Source: an uncultured Candidatus Saccharibacteria bacterium
Lineage (GTDB): Bacteria; Patescibacteriota; Dojkabacteria; SC72
Length of the DNA: 64,000 nt
Assembly (NCBI GenBank): GCA_964610125.1
Contig: CAZSUV010000001.1
Location: 319,877-383,876 of the forward strand
Direction of reading: 5' to 3'
Shown here: piece by piece, positions 1 to 9,358 of the stretch
Layout: each line of letters starts with the position of its first letter
Position numbering within the stretch: position 1 is the stretch's first letter
Program-made: the position numbers and the translations under genes
The notes under the pieces: model-generated
The model's input: the letters and a program-made list of their open reading frames with translations, nothing else
Database searches by the model: none
Told to the model about the DNA's origin: nothing

Positions 1-373
1 TACGGGAGATTTTAATGCGACTGTAAGAGGAAATGAAATTGTGGATGAATGTGTTGGGAAGGTATCAAAAGCAGTATTGGGAGCGGGTGGAACGGTAATC
101 ATAACTGCAGATCATGGAAATTGTGAGACGATGGTAAATAGGGTAACGGGGGAAATAGATATTGCGCATACAAATAACCCAGTTCCATTAACTATTCTTT
201 CGAATCCAAGTGAGATACAAACTAAAGTAGGTATTCCTATCGTTAAAGTTGGTACCGGCCCTAAAGCAAAAGCAACTGGATTATTAGCAGATTTAGCTCC
301 AACATGCTTAGGTGTATTGGGAAGCGATATCCCTGCAAATATGACAGGAGTTGATATTCGAAAGATGTTATAG
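1..373 (+). CDS. 2,3-bisphosphoglycerate-independent phosphoglycerate mutase, C-terminal fragment (5' end outside the window)
   Basis: The frame is open from position 2 with no upstream start. The translation ...IITADHGNCETM...NPVPL... matches the C-terminal region of the complete iPGM at 48511..50040 (IITADHGNVEEM...NPVPC). Confidence 0.6.
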   Translation, partial: TGDFNATVRGNEIVDECVGKVSKAVLGAGGTVIITADHGNCETMVNRVTGEIDIAHTNNPVPLTILSNPSEIQTKVGIPIVKVGTGPKAKATGLLADLAPTCLGVLGSDIPANMTGVDIRKML

Positions 374-1168
374 CAGATACCCGAAAATCAATATTAAGAT
401 TCCCAGAATTATTCTATATATTCCAAACGCAGATAACCATTTATCTCGGCTAATCCTTTTAAGCATGATTAGTGAGAAGCAACTAACCAAGAATGGGACA
501 AGAATTATAATTCCTAAGTTTACGAAACTTATTAAGGAGACATCTCCCATCGTTGGTATTCCTGTATCTTTGATTATCTTTATTATCTCCCATATTGGAG
601 CTCCAATTAAAACAGGAAGCCCTAGAATTAAACTGTATTCAAAAGCTGTGTATTTTTTTAATCCTAATCCAATTCCTGCAAGAGTTGTAATACCAGACCT
701 TGAAGTACCCGGTATTAAAGCTACAGCTTGTGCGAATCCCATGAGCAATGATTGTTGCCACGTAATATTTTCCATATCTTCGATCTTCCCGTCATCTTTT
801 TTGTTTTGAACTATGATCATTATAATTCCCCAGAAGATTAATGAAACAGCTATAATCCAGTTATCATGTAGTACCTCTTCAATCTTTGATTCAAAAAGAA
901 TTCCAAGAATTGCTGAAGGAATTACAGAAAGAAGGATTTTAAGATAGAAGCCCCACTTTTTTTTTGTGAAGAAATTTGTAAATAACTTTTCCCAGAAAAA
1001 TGCCAATATCGCTATAGTGGTACCAATATGTAGAGATGCTAATAGTAGGGTTGAAGTAGGTATTTCCATTACCTTTCCGAGAATAATTAGGTGGGCACTA
1101 CTAGATATTGGAAGTAATTCCGAAAACCCCTGAGTTATTGCGAGTAATAATAGTTTTATACTTTCCAT
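368..1168 (-). CDS. uppP: undecaprenyl-diphosphatase UppP/BacA
   Basis: N-terminus LAITQGFSELLPISSSAHLII is the UppP signature (QGxTEFLPISSSGHL). The protein is polytopic membrane, 266 aa. Confidence 0.85.
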   Translation of the reverse strand: MESIKLLLLAITQGFSELLPISSSAHLIILGKVMEIPTSTLLLASLHIGTTIAILAFFWEKLFTNFFTKKKWGFYLKILLSVIPSAILGILFESKIEEVLHDNWIIAVSLIFWGIIMIIVQNKKDDGKIEDMENITWQQSLLMGFAQAVALIPGTSRSGITTLAGIGLGLKKYTAFEYSLILGLPVLIGAPIWEIIKIIKDTGIPTMGDVSLISFVNLGIIILVPFLVSCFSLIMLKRISRDKWLSAFGIYRIILGILILIFGYLL

Positions 1169-1197
1169 TAATCTGATATTCTGAAGTAAGATATATT

Positions 1198-1905
1198 ATG
1201 TTAATATTTAATACCGTGATAGTCAAAAAATATATACAAACTATTATTCTTACTCTAATCCTTGTTGGATTTGTTTTTGTATCTCCAATTAAAGCTTCTA
1301 CTGAACCGTCATTCTCACTGTATCCAACAGGTGGTGTTGTAACTAACAAGAATAATGGGTTTACGGTAGATGTAATGATTGATTCTGGAGGGGAAGAACT
1401 AGTATCTGCAAGATTTGTCATTACATATGATCCTGCATATATAAAGGTAAAGAAAGCTGAAAAGAACAATGTTTTGTTTGCTCAGTGGCCTGATGATGAA
1501 ACCAGTATAGATAATACAAATGGCGTAGTTATGCTTACTGGATTCTCTCAATCAGGTACGGATACTTTGTATACGACAAAGGGAGAACCAGAAGTAATGG
1601 CACGTCTTTCATTTGAGGTAATTCAATTGGGAAAAACATCATTGGATTGGGAATTCTCTGGAAATGATGATAGCTTTAAATCTGTGATGTTAACCGATGG
1701 AAGTCCTCCAATAAATGTATTAAAAACCAAACCAGTATCGGCAACATTTACAATTGAGAAAGAGATTGTAAATACAGCTATTCCTTGGAATAGGTATGTA
1801 CTAATAGGGGGGATGGTATTCATCCTCTTTGGAGCTTTCATGATGTTCTCTAGACCTAAGGGTTTTGGTAAGAAAGGAACTGTAGTTATATATGAAGAAG
1901 AATAA
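1198..1905 (+). CDS. membrane-anchored exported protein of unknown function (possibly a cohesin-like beta-sandwich)
   Basis: N-terminal signal/TM LTLILVGFVFVSPIKAS and C-terminal TM YVLIGGMVFILFGAFMMF followed by a basic tail. No recognisable catalytic motif. Confidence 0.35.
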   Translation: MLIFNTVIVKKYIQTIILTLILVGFVFVSPIKASTEPSFSLYPTGGVVTNKNNGFTVDVMIDSGGEELVSARFVITYDPAYIKVKKAEKNNVLFAQWPDDETSIDNTNGVVMLTGFSQSGTDTLYTTKGEPEVMARLSFEVIQLGKTSLDWEFSGNDDSFKSVMLTDGSPPINVLKTKPVSATFTIEKEIVNTAIPWNRYVLIGGMVFILFGAFMMFSRPKGFGKKGTVVIYEEE

Positions 1906-3010
1906 TCCAGAAATTAAGGTTGCTCTTGTTACAGAATCTCTTTGGGGTATGGGTGGCGCAAATAGGGTATTAGAAACTTTTTCTAAAATGTATCATCAAG
2001 CTGATATATATGCACTGTTTGGGGACACTAGATCCCTTTCTTCTGAACTTCAAAAACACAGAATATATTTTTCAAATCTGAATAGAAGACCATTCATAAA
2101 ACAGTTGTACAGATATACCTATCACCTTTGGCCATTACATATTGAGAAATTTGATCTTAGCCAATATGACCTAGTTATATCCTCCTCTTCTAGTGTAGCC
2201 TTTGGAGTAATTACCCTAATGACATGTAAACACATCGCCTATGTTCATTCACCGATGAGATATCTTTGGGATCTTAAAGATGTAGGATTAAAAGGTTTTG
2301 GATTTTTTAAAAAGGCTCTAACCAATTTTATACTTGTATTCATAAGGTTGTGGGAAACCTCTGCTTCTTCCAGACCGGATGTGTTGATAGCCAATTCTAA
2401 GTTTGTTGGTAAACGTATTCAAAAATATTGGGGAAGAAAACCCGATGGAGTTCTTACTCCTCCAATTCATTTCTTTGAAGGTGTAATAAAAGAGAGAAAG
2501 GAAAGGGAGAAAAATGAAGGGGATAAATATATTGTAGCTGGTGCTCCATTTGAATTTAACAAAAAGGGAGAATTTCTACTTGAGTGTATGAAAGATTCGG
2601 ATGTTGTTTTGAAATTAATTGGTAGTGGATCTAAGGAACCGAAATTGAGGAGAAAATATTCTAAATACAAGAATATTCAATTCTTAGGAAAGATAACTGA
2701 TGAAGAGAAATGGGATGTGCTTTCTAAAGCTTCTGCGTTTGTTATGCCTGGAATTGAGGACTATGGTATCTTTCCTGTTGAAGCTATGTCTGCAGGTACT
2801 CCTGTGTTGGCTTACAAAGCTGGGGGTATTTTAGAGAACTTGGTTGAGGGTATTAATGGATATTTCTTTACGGAATGGGATAAGGAGAATTTTAACAATG
2901 GGCTTAAGGAAGTTCTAGATGAAAAATGGAATTACAAGAATATATCTGAATCGGTAAGGAAGAATAACAATACAGAGGATGTGTTTAAAAAGAAGTTTAT
3001 GGAGTATTAG
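1892..3010 (+). CDS. glycosyltransferase family 1 (GT4-like)
   Basis: C-terminal EAMSAGTPVLAYKAGG motif typical of GT-B retaining glycosyltransferases. 372 aa. Confidence 0.75.
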   Translation: MKKNNPEIKVALVTESLWGMGGANRVLETFSKMYHQADIYALFGDTRSLSSELQKHRIYFSNLNRRPFIKQLYRYTYHLWPLHIEKFDLSQYDLVISSSSSVAFGVITLMTCKHIAYVHSPMRYLWDLKDVGLKGFGFFKKALTNFILVFIRLWETSASSRPDVLIANSKFVGKRIQKYWGRKPDGVLTPPIHFFEGVIKERKEREKNEGDKYIVAGAPFEFNKKGEFLLECMKDSDVVLKLIGSGSKEPKLRRKYSKYKNIQFLGKITDEEKWDVLSKASAFVMPGIEDYGIFPVEAMSAGTPVLAYKAGGILENLVEGINGYFFTEWDKENFNNGLKEVLDEKWNYKNISESVRKNNNTEDVFKKKFMEY

Positions 3011-3059
3011 TTGAATGTGGTATGGGTTTTTGATATTATCATACTGTTCTTAATGTATT

Positions 3060-3135
3060 GCCGAGATAGCTCAGCTGGTAGAGCATTTGTCTGAAGAACA
3101 AAGGGTCCCCAGTCCGAACCTGGGTCTCGGCACCA
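3060..3135 (+). tRNA. tRNA-Phe (anticodon GAA), CCA encoded
   Basis: Hand-folded cloverleaf: acceptor GCCGAGA/TCTCGGC, D-arm GCTCAGCTGGTAGAGC, anticodon stem TTTGT/ACAAA with loop CTGAAGA, T-arm CCCAG-TCCGAAC-CTGGG. The T-loop reads TCC, not the usual TTC. Confidence 0.9.
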
Positions 3136-3139
3136 TTAT

Positions 3140-3216
3140 GCGAGAGTAGTTCAGTTGGCTAGAACGACACATTGCCAATGTGTAGGTCGCGGGTTCGAAC
3201 CCCGTCTCTCGCTCCA
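3140..3216 (+). tRNA. tRNA-Gly (anticodon GCC), CCA encoded
   Basis: Acceptor GCGAGAG/CTCTCGC, anticodon stem ACACA/TGTGT with loop TTGCCAA, T-loop TTCGAAC. Confidence 0.9.
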
Positions 3217-3224
3217 TATTCAAA

Positions 3225-3578
3225 ATGAAACAATTACCTATTAAACCTACAATAACGATTGAAGACCTTGATAAGGTGGATATTCGTGTTGGTACTATAG
3301 AGAAAGTTGAAGATATGCCTGAATCCAAAAAACTTGTTAGATTAACCGTAGATTTCGGAGAATTCAAAAGAAATATTCTTGTCGGAATGAAATTGGAGAG
3401 GGAAAACCCTAAAGAAATTGAGGGAAAACAAGCTCTATTTGTTGTAAACCTTGCCCCGAGAGAAATGCTTGGCGAAATTTCCGAAGGAATGATTTTTGAT
3501 ATTGGATACAGTAATGAAATTATTCCTGTACTATCTGAACCAGAAAAACCAGTTCCCAATGGATCTTGTGCTGGATAA
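3225..3578 (+). CDS. tRNA-binding domain protein (CsaA/Trbp111/EMAP-like OB fold)
   Basis: 117 aa. DIRVGTIEKVEDMPESKKLVRLTVDFGE...RNILVGMK resembles the tRNA-binding domain found at the MetRS C-terminus and in CsaA. It lies immediately downstream of two tRNAs. Confidence 0.65.
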   Translation: MKQLPIKPTITIEDLDKVDIRVGTIEKVEDMPESKKLVRLTVDFGEFKRNILVGMKLERENPKEIEGKQALFVVNLAPREMLGEISEGMIFDIGYSNEIIPVLSEPEKPVPNGSCAG

Positions 3579-3661
3579 ATTCAATTTAGTTAAATCATTT
3601 TCACTAGATTCTTACTACAGGTGGTAATAGAATATGCATATTAAATTAACACATTGACCAT

Positions 3662-4351
3662 ATGAATGATCTTCATACTGTTCAGATGCAAATACTTAGA
3701 GAATTAATATTCCATCCTAAATCAAAATTCTCTCAATTAAATATCGCAGGTATAACTAACGATCACTTCAGTTACCATATTAAAGTATTGATCGAAAAAG
3801 GATTAGTTAAAAAGGAAGGCAACAAATACTCATTAACTACAAAAGGAAAAATGTTCTCCTCAAAAATGGATACATCAAATATGACAACCGAGAAGCAACC
3901 AAAGGTAAGTGTATTAGTTAGACCAATATTGATAAAAGGAAACAAAAAGTACTATGCAGTGCAACAGAGATTAAAAGAACCATACTATGGCTACTATGGC
4001 TTTATGACTGGCAAAGTAAAATGGGGTGAGAAGATACTTGAAGCAGGAGCTCGAGAGTTGGATGAAGAGATGGGCTTACATGGTGATATGTCACTCGACT
4101 TCGAGCTACACGAAATGGTATATGACAAAGAGGGTAATATGTTAGAGGACAAATATTTCCATTGTATGACTGTAATCATTAAGGAAGATACATTAAGAAT
4201 AAAGGATGAGGGGTGTCAGAATAGTTGGATGACAAAGAAACAGTTCATGGAGATATCTCCAAAGTATCATAATGAGGTAGAGATATTTAATTGGTTTGAG
4301 AATAGGGAGAGGGATAATATTGAACAGACATACTTCATAGAAGGTTTCTAA
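3662..4351 (+). CDS. winged-helix plus NUDIX hydrolase fusion protein
   Basis: N-terminal HTH-like region. Nudix box GEKILEAGARELDEEMGL (Gx5Ex7REUxEExGU) at residues ~123-140. Confidence 0.6.
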   Translation: MNDLHTVQMQILRELIFHPKSKFSQLNIAGITNDHFSYHIKVLIEKGLVKKEGNKYSLTTKGKMFSSKMDTSNMTTEKQPKVSVLVRPILIKGNKKYYAVQQRLKEPYYGYYGFMTGKVKWGEKILEAGARELDEEMGLHGDMSLDFELHEMVYDKEGNMLEDKYFHCMTVIIKEDTLRIKDEGCQNSWMTKKQFMEISPKYHNEVEIFNWFENRERDNIEQTYFIEGF

Positions 4352-4893
4352 ATCAATATACTTCCAGTATATCCAATATATGCAAATATAATTGCTCTAA
4401 TAGTTTTTCCAAACATTACAGCTATTAAAAACTTCCACCATTTAATACCAAATGCACCAGCTACTAAACCAGCAACATCAAATAACGGATTAGGTATTAA
4501 AGCTAATACAAAGATTGCCCATAATCCATATTTTTTTATCCTAATCTCCATCTTTTTGTATACCTTACTAGATTTAACAATCCCACTCCCGCTATATCCG
4601 GCAAGATAGCCAACTAATTCACCTAAAGAAGAGGCAACGCCTACAGAAAGTCCAACTAAAAGAGGATTAGCCAATATTCCTCCAAGTAATATATTTAATG
4701 GAGCAAGGATAGGGACAGGGATTAGTACTGTAGCATTACCAAGGAACATTATTAAGAATGCTCCTAGGTATCCAAACTCTTCTAATTCTCTAATCTGTTT
4801 ATTAAACACAATTATTAAGACTGAGATAGTTAGAGAGGCTAGTAACATTAAGAGGTGTTTAATACCGAATTTTTCTTGTTTTGGTTCTTCCAT
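4348..4893 (-). CDS. DedA/VTT-family (YqaA-like) membrane protein
   Basis: 181 aa, four TM helices, glycine-rich VTT-like core LIPVPILAPLNILLGGILANP. Confidence 0.5.
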   Translation of the reverse strand: MEEPKQEKFGIKHLLMLLASLTISVLIIVFNKQIRELEEFGYLGAFLIMFLGNATVLIPVPILAPLNILLGGILANPLLVGLSVGVASSLGELVGYLAGYSGSGIVKSSKVYKKMEIRIKKYGLWAIFVLALIPNPLFDVAGLVAGAFGIKWWKFLIAVMFGKTIRAIIFAYIGYTGSILI

Positions 4894-4977
4894 ATTTCAT
4901 TATACTGAATATTTGGAAGAAGCCAATGAAACTGACGGGGTCTATGGTTTTTCCATAAACCCCATTTGGGTCAGTTT

Positions 4978-5442
4978 TTATTTTTCAAGAACACCGTCAT
5001 GGTTCCTGAAAGTATATTCTCCAAGCTGAAATGATTCTTGATTCTGTAATTGAATAATCATCCAGTGGATAAGGTGAGCGCCATCTCTTGCGATAATGCG
5101 TAGATCTTTTAGAGTGTTGCCAAATGCTTCTGCAGTCAAAGATTGATATGCTTTCCCCGAATCAGCGATGAGTACGAGAAGATTTGAATATATTACCTTG
5201 CTGAATTGTCCATCAGGGATAAACAATCCTTGATCTTCAAGTGATGCTTTATAGATACCTTCTTTAATGCCCACATTATTTTCTCTTGTAAAGGCTATTT
5301 TGCCTTGAGGCAAAAGAGCTAGAATGTTAGGGCCAAAAGCTTGGTCACCAGTTTCCCATCCTTTTTTGTGTAAAACCATAGGTGATGTGTCTGATGGTCC
5401 TTTTCTAAATACTACTGTTGCCAGTTCATAAACTTCGTTCAT
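4978..5442 (-). CDS. hypothetical protein
   Basis: 154-aa ORF with no recognisable motif. A hairpin (GGGGTCTATGG..CCATAAACCCC) lies just downstream at ~4937-4965. Confidence 0.3.
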   Translation of the reverse strand: MNEVYELATVVFRKGPSDTSPMVLHKKGWETGDQAFGPNILALLPQGKIAFTRENNVGIKEGIYKASLEDQGLFIPDGQFSKVIYSNLLVLIADSGKAYQSLTAEAFGNTLKDLRIIARDGAHLIHWMIIQLQNQESFQLGEYTFRNHDGVLEK

Positions 5443-5501
5443 TTTTAATCCTTAAAGAGCAATATTTGACGGTCTGAGATTATACCACACCTATAGTATA
5501 T

Positions 5502-6425
5502 TTGTATTCTTTAAAAAATCTGTTAATATTAACTATGAAATTAGCCACAAAACAAGCTAAATCAATACTAACACCAAGCAAACTCCCAGGTTCAGACTAT
5601 GTAGTAAATCCATATTCAGGATGTGCATTTGGATGTGTATATTGCTATGCAGAATTCACTAGAAAATTCACAGGCCACATGGATGATGAATGGGGTAAAT
5701 ATGTAGATGCAAAAATAAATACACCAGAGGTATTTGAAAAAGAAATAACCAATTTAACAAAGAAAGTAATTAAAAAGAATGAATTTAAAACAGGTAATAG
5801 ACCAGTTATATTCTTTGGATCTGTTACAGACCCATATCAGGGAGTAGAAGCAAAGTATGAATTAGTTAAGAAGTGTTTAGAAATCATAGCTAAATCAGAA
5901 ATTAAAAATGATATTGAAATATCATTACTAACAAAGTCTCCATTAGTTACTAGAGATATTGAAATACTAAAACAGATACCTAATTTAGAAGTAGGTATGA
6001 CGATATCGTCTATAGATGACAATATTAGTAGAATATTTGAATGTTATGCTCCTCCTAGTTCGTTAAGAATATTGGCTTTGAAGAAACTTAATGAGGCAGG
6101 TATAAAGACATATGCATTTGTAGGACCATTACTTCCTCATTTTGTTGCTAATGAAGAGAGTTTAAGAAAGTTGTTTAAAGCGATTAAAGATTCTGGAACT
6201 AAGAAGGTATGGGCTGAGCATATAAATCTAACAGGTAGTAAGATGGATAGGTTGATAGGTTTGGTTGGAGATCAATTAACAGAGGAGGAATTAAAACTTT
6301 TTAAAGAATCTCAGACGGATGAATATAAAAGAAAATTAAGTAATATGATATTAGGTATTGTAGATGAGTTAGGATTGGAGTTGGTAGGAAGGAAGGTGAT
6401 TGATCATATAAAGTTGGAGAAGTAG
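5502..6425 (+). CDS. radical SAM protein, SplB/DNA-repair-photolyase-like (COG1533-type)
   Basis: CAFGCVYCYA (CxxxCxxC) cluster preceded by VNPYSGC, as in spore-photoproduct-lyase-like enzymes. The true start may be Met at 5535. Confidence 0.6.
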   Translation: MYSLKNLLILTMKLATKQAKSILTPSKLPGSDYVVNPYSGCAFGCVYCYAEFTRKFTGHMDDEWGKYVDAKINTPEVFEKEITNLTKKVIKKNEFKTGNRPVIFFGSVTDPYQGVEAKYELVKKCLEIIAKSEIKNDIEISLLTKSPLVTRDIEILKQIPNLEVGMTISSIDDNISRIFECYAPPSSLRILALKKLNEAGIKTYAFVGPLLPHFVANEESLRKLFKAIKDSGTKKVWAEHINLTGSKMDRLIGLVGDQLTEEELKLFKESQTDEYKRKLSNMILGIVDELGLELVGRKVIDHIKLEK

Positions 6426-6457
6426 TAATTTCCAAGTGTCTTATAGTATAATCTCGG

Positions 6458-7078
6458 ATGAGCAAAAAGCTACTATTTCTCTATCCAATTGAAGAATACT
6501 GGAAATTCAACTTTTGTTTTACTGATTTTGAGAATAAACTTCAACTGCTGGAGGAAACTATTGATTGTAGATACCGGCAAAAAGGGTACGAGATCTACTA
6601 TCTTGTGATTGCAGATCGAGAAGTTTCGTGCCTGCATGTTTTGCCAGAAGATCACGTACTTGTTGATGAAGGCTCACATATAGAGAAATTCGTATATCCT
6701 AATCAATCACAGCTAATTTCAGCTCTTGGAGAAACAGAACATTTGGTGGTGGGTGGATTCCATGCTAATGATTGTGTAAAAAGAATTGCACAGGCAGGTA
6801 TCGACAATGGATTGGATACTTTAGTTGATATTGAATTAACAAACCATTTCCCATCGTATAGCTCAAAATTTTATTTTAAAAAAGAAGAATATAACTTGGC
6901 TAATCATATTCTTGCGGGTATGTATGAAGTGAATAAATACTCTCCAAAGTTTATTGATCGATGTGAGAAGTATGCGGAAGTATACTATCATCGAAATGAT
7001 TTTGTACCAACAATAACAATAGAGGATGTTGAAAGAAATGAGCAGATAGAGGATGAAGAATTTTTCTTCCCAAAATAA
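6458..7078 (+). CDS. hypothetical protein (weak isochorismatase/cysteine-hydrolase-like core)
   Basis: HLVVGGFHANDCVKRIAQAGID resembles the VVxGxxTxxCV strand-helix of isochorismatase-family hydrolases. This is weak. Confidence 0.3.
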   Translation: MSKKLLFLYPIEEYWKFNFCFTDFENKLQLLEETIDCRYRQKGYEIYYLVIADREVSCLHVLPEDHVLVDEGSHIEKFVYPNQSQLISALGETEHLVVGGFHANDCVKRIAQAGIDNGLDTLVDIELTNHFPSYSSKFYFKKEEYNLANHILAGMYEVNKYSPKFIDRCEKYAEVYYHRNDFVPTITIEDVERNEQIEDEEFFFPK

Positions 7079-7117
7079 TTTCTTTTCAATTATTCATATA
7101 TCATATACACTAGACAT

Positions 7118-7930
7118 ATGGATATTGATATACAAAAACAGCCCACTAATCATATAAAGGATAGAATATTCAGATTCAAACCAATCGCCTTTATTAAAAA
7201 GAATCTCCCCATATTCATTGTACTCTTTGTCTTTTTACTAACCCTCTTAGTAGGAATATGGAATATCAAAAAATATACCCTAACAGATCTTGAAGGCTTA
7301 GACATCCCAACTAATGTATCAACTTTGATAGATAAATACATGGAAGAGAAATTAATAGGAAGAAATTACTTCTCTTTTTCAACAACCTCATTTGAAAAAG
7401 ATATGCTCAAATCAGTACCATATATAAAGGAAGTAAATATTGAAAAAGTTATACCAAATAAATTGGAAATATTTGTAGATTTATACAGACCTGCAAGCAC
7501 AGCCTTACTGAGAGACACAGAGTGTTATCTCCTCTCTGGAGAAGGAGTAGTATTAGATACCATATGTAAAGAAGATCCAGCTAATTGTTGTAAAAACTAT
7601 GCCACAAACAACTCACTATATATCTTTACCTCTTCAGATGTAGATAGCTCTCCATTAACAAATGGAAAGCAAGGATTACTTATAATGGAAAGTATCTACA
7701 AAGTTGTTAAAGTGGTAAATACATATGGATATGAAATAAAGGGGATAACATTTGTAAGCAATATATTGGAAATCACCACTAAAACAGATCAATCTTTTAA
7801 ATTCAGTATGTCTGAAGACCTAGACCTACAGTTAGAAAGATACATCTCAGTTGCAAATAGGGTGAAAAGTGATAACCTTGAGTTCAAGTCGATAGATTTT
7901 CGTTTTGAAAGACCAGTATTAAAAAACTAA
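7118..7930 (+). CDS. ftsQ: cell division protein FtsQ/DivIB-like
   Basis: Single N-terminal TM (LPIFIVLFVFLLTLLVGIW) plus a ~230-aa extracytoplasmic domain, located immediately upstream of ftsA-ftsZ. The call rests mainly on gene order. Confidence 0.5.
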   Translation: MDIDIQKQPTNHIKDRIFRFKPIAFIKKNLPIFIVLFVFLLTLLVGIWNIKKYTLTDLEGLDIPTNVSTLIDKYMEEKLIGRNYFSFSTTSFEKDMLKSVPYIKEVNIEKVIPNKLEIFVDLYRPASTALLRDTECYLLSGEGVVLDTICKEDPANCCKNYATNNSLYIFTSSDVDSSPLTNGKQGLLIMESIYKVVKVVNTYGYEIKGITFVSNILEITTKTDQSFKFSMSEDLDLQLERYISVANRVKSDNLEFKSIDFRFERPVLKN

Positions 7931-7974
7931 TTCTTGCTAAAACTATGATAATTGATTATATTATTAGAAAGGAC

Positions 7975-8002
7975 TTGTCAATTTCTGGTCTTTTTATATA
8001 AT
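7975..8002 (+). promoter_or_regulatory. sigma70-like promoter upstream of ftsA (TTGTCA - 16 nt - TATAAT)
   Basis: -35 TTGTCA at 7975-7980 and -10 TATAAT at 7997-8002, about 35 nt upstream of the ftsA ATG. Confidence 0.4.
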
Positions 8003-8035
8003 TAATTAGTAAAATTAACTCTGCCTTTAAAAAAC

Positions 8036-9334
8036 ATGGCACGCAAAATAATAACAGCTATAGATCTAGGTTCCTCTAAAATTACAACAGTAATTTCTTC
8101 GGTTGAAGACAACCAAACCCCTTCCGTTATTGGTGTATGTTCACATCAAAGCAAAGGAATTAAAAAGGGTGTTGTAGTAAACATTGACGATGCTACTAAT
8201 GCAATATCAGAGAGTGTATTAGCTGCCGAAAGAATGGCGGGTGTTACGGTTTCTGATGTATATGTATCTATCAATGGTGAGCAAGTAACAAGCTTAAACA
8301 ACAAAGGTGTTGTAGCAGTTGCAGGTTCTGAAATTACGATAGATGATACATATAGAGCAATTGAAAATGCTAGAACATTGTCTTTACCAGATAACCTAAA
8401 TCCAATCCACATTATCCCTCGAGAATTCGTAGTAGATAATCAAGGTGGTATTAAGTACCCAATTGGAATGAGTGGTGGAAGGTTAGAAGTAGAAACACAT
8501 ATAATCACAGCCCCAAATTCATATTGGCAGAATATTAGAAAATGTGTAGAACAGGTAGGCTTAAATGTATATGATGTCATCTTTACAGGATGGGCATCCT
8601 CCCTTGCAGTATTAACAGAAACTGAAAAAGAGCTTGGTGTAACTATGCTAGATATGGGGTGTGGCACTACAAGTATTACGATATTTGAGGAAGGTTCCAT
8701 AATCTACAGTAGTTGTATTCCATTAGGTGGCAACAGTATTACAAGTGATATCGCAATTGGGCTTCAGGTATCCTTGGAAGAGGCTGAAAAAATTAAGCTG
8801 AATATGTCAGATATTTTGGATAATAAAGTAGCCGTTGCTAAGGGCAAGGGAATGGATTCAACGCCAGCACTTTTAAGAAGAAAAGACGAACCAAAAGAAA
8901 AGAAAATCAAGATAGATGATATTGATCTAAGTGGATATGGTATTGAAAAACGAATATCAAAGGCTACATTACAAGAAATTGTTGATGCAAGATGTGAGGA
9001 AATATTTGAAATGGCAAAAGAAAACGTATCCAAATCTGGATATAATATTGGTATGCCTGCTGGAATTGTTGTAACAGGTGGCACAGGGCTTTTAAGAAAT
9101 ATTACCAAAATAGTACAAGGTGTATTTGGAGTCTCTGCAAGAATTGGATATCCATCTGGATTGACCGGTATGATAGAGGAGATATCTGATCCTTCATACG
9201 CTTGTGTGCAAGGATTGATTAAACATGCAATGGACGATGATGTAGATATTAGCTCTGCAAATGATAAGAAAAAATCAAATGTAAAAGGATTTGTTGGAAA
9301 GCTAGGTGAGTGGATGAAATCTTTACTGCCTTAA
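8036..9334 (+). CDS. ftsA: cell division protein FtsA
   Basis: MARKIITAIDLGSSKITTVI actin-like N-terminus, 432 aa, upstream of ftsZ. Confidence 0.9.
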   Translation: MARKIITAIDLGSSKITTVISSVEDNQTPSVIGVCSHQSKGIKKGVVVNIDDATNAISESVLAAERMAGVTVSDVYVSINGEQVTSLNNKGVVAVAGSEITIDDTYRAIENARTLSLPDNLNPIHIIPREFVVDNQGGIKYPIGMSGGRLEVETHIITAPNSYWQNIRKCVEQVGLNVYDVIFTGWASSLAVLTETEKELGVTMLDMGCGTTSITIFEEGSIIYSSCIPLGGNSITSDIAIGLQVSLEEAEKIKLNMSDILDNKVAVAKGKGMDSTPALLRRKDEPKEKKIKIDDIDLSGYGIEKRISKATLQEIVDARCEEIFEMAKENVSKSGYNIGMPAGIVVTGGTGLLRNITKIVQGVFGVSARIGYPSGLTGMIEEISDPSYACVQGLIKHAMDDDVDISSANDKKKSNVKGFVGKLGEWMKSLLP

Positions 9335-9358
9335 ATAAATTTTAGTGTTTAAGACACA

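Noticed and set aside
3071-3559. 162-aa minus-strand ORF
   Set aside because: It runs antisense through both tRNA-Phe and tRNA-Gly and through the CsaA-like gene, so it is an artefact.
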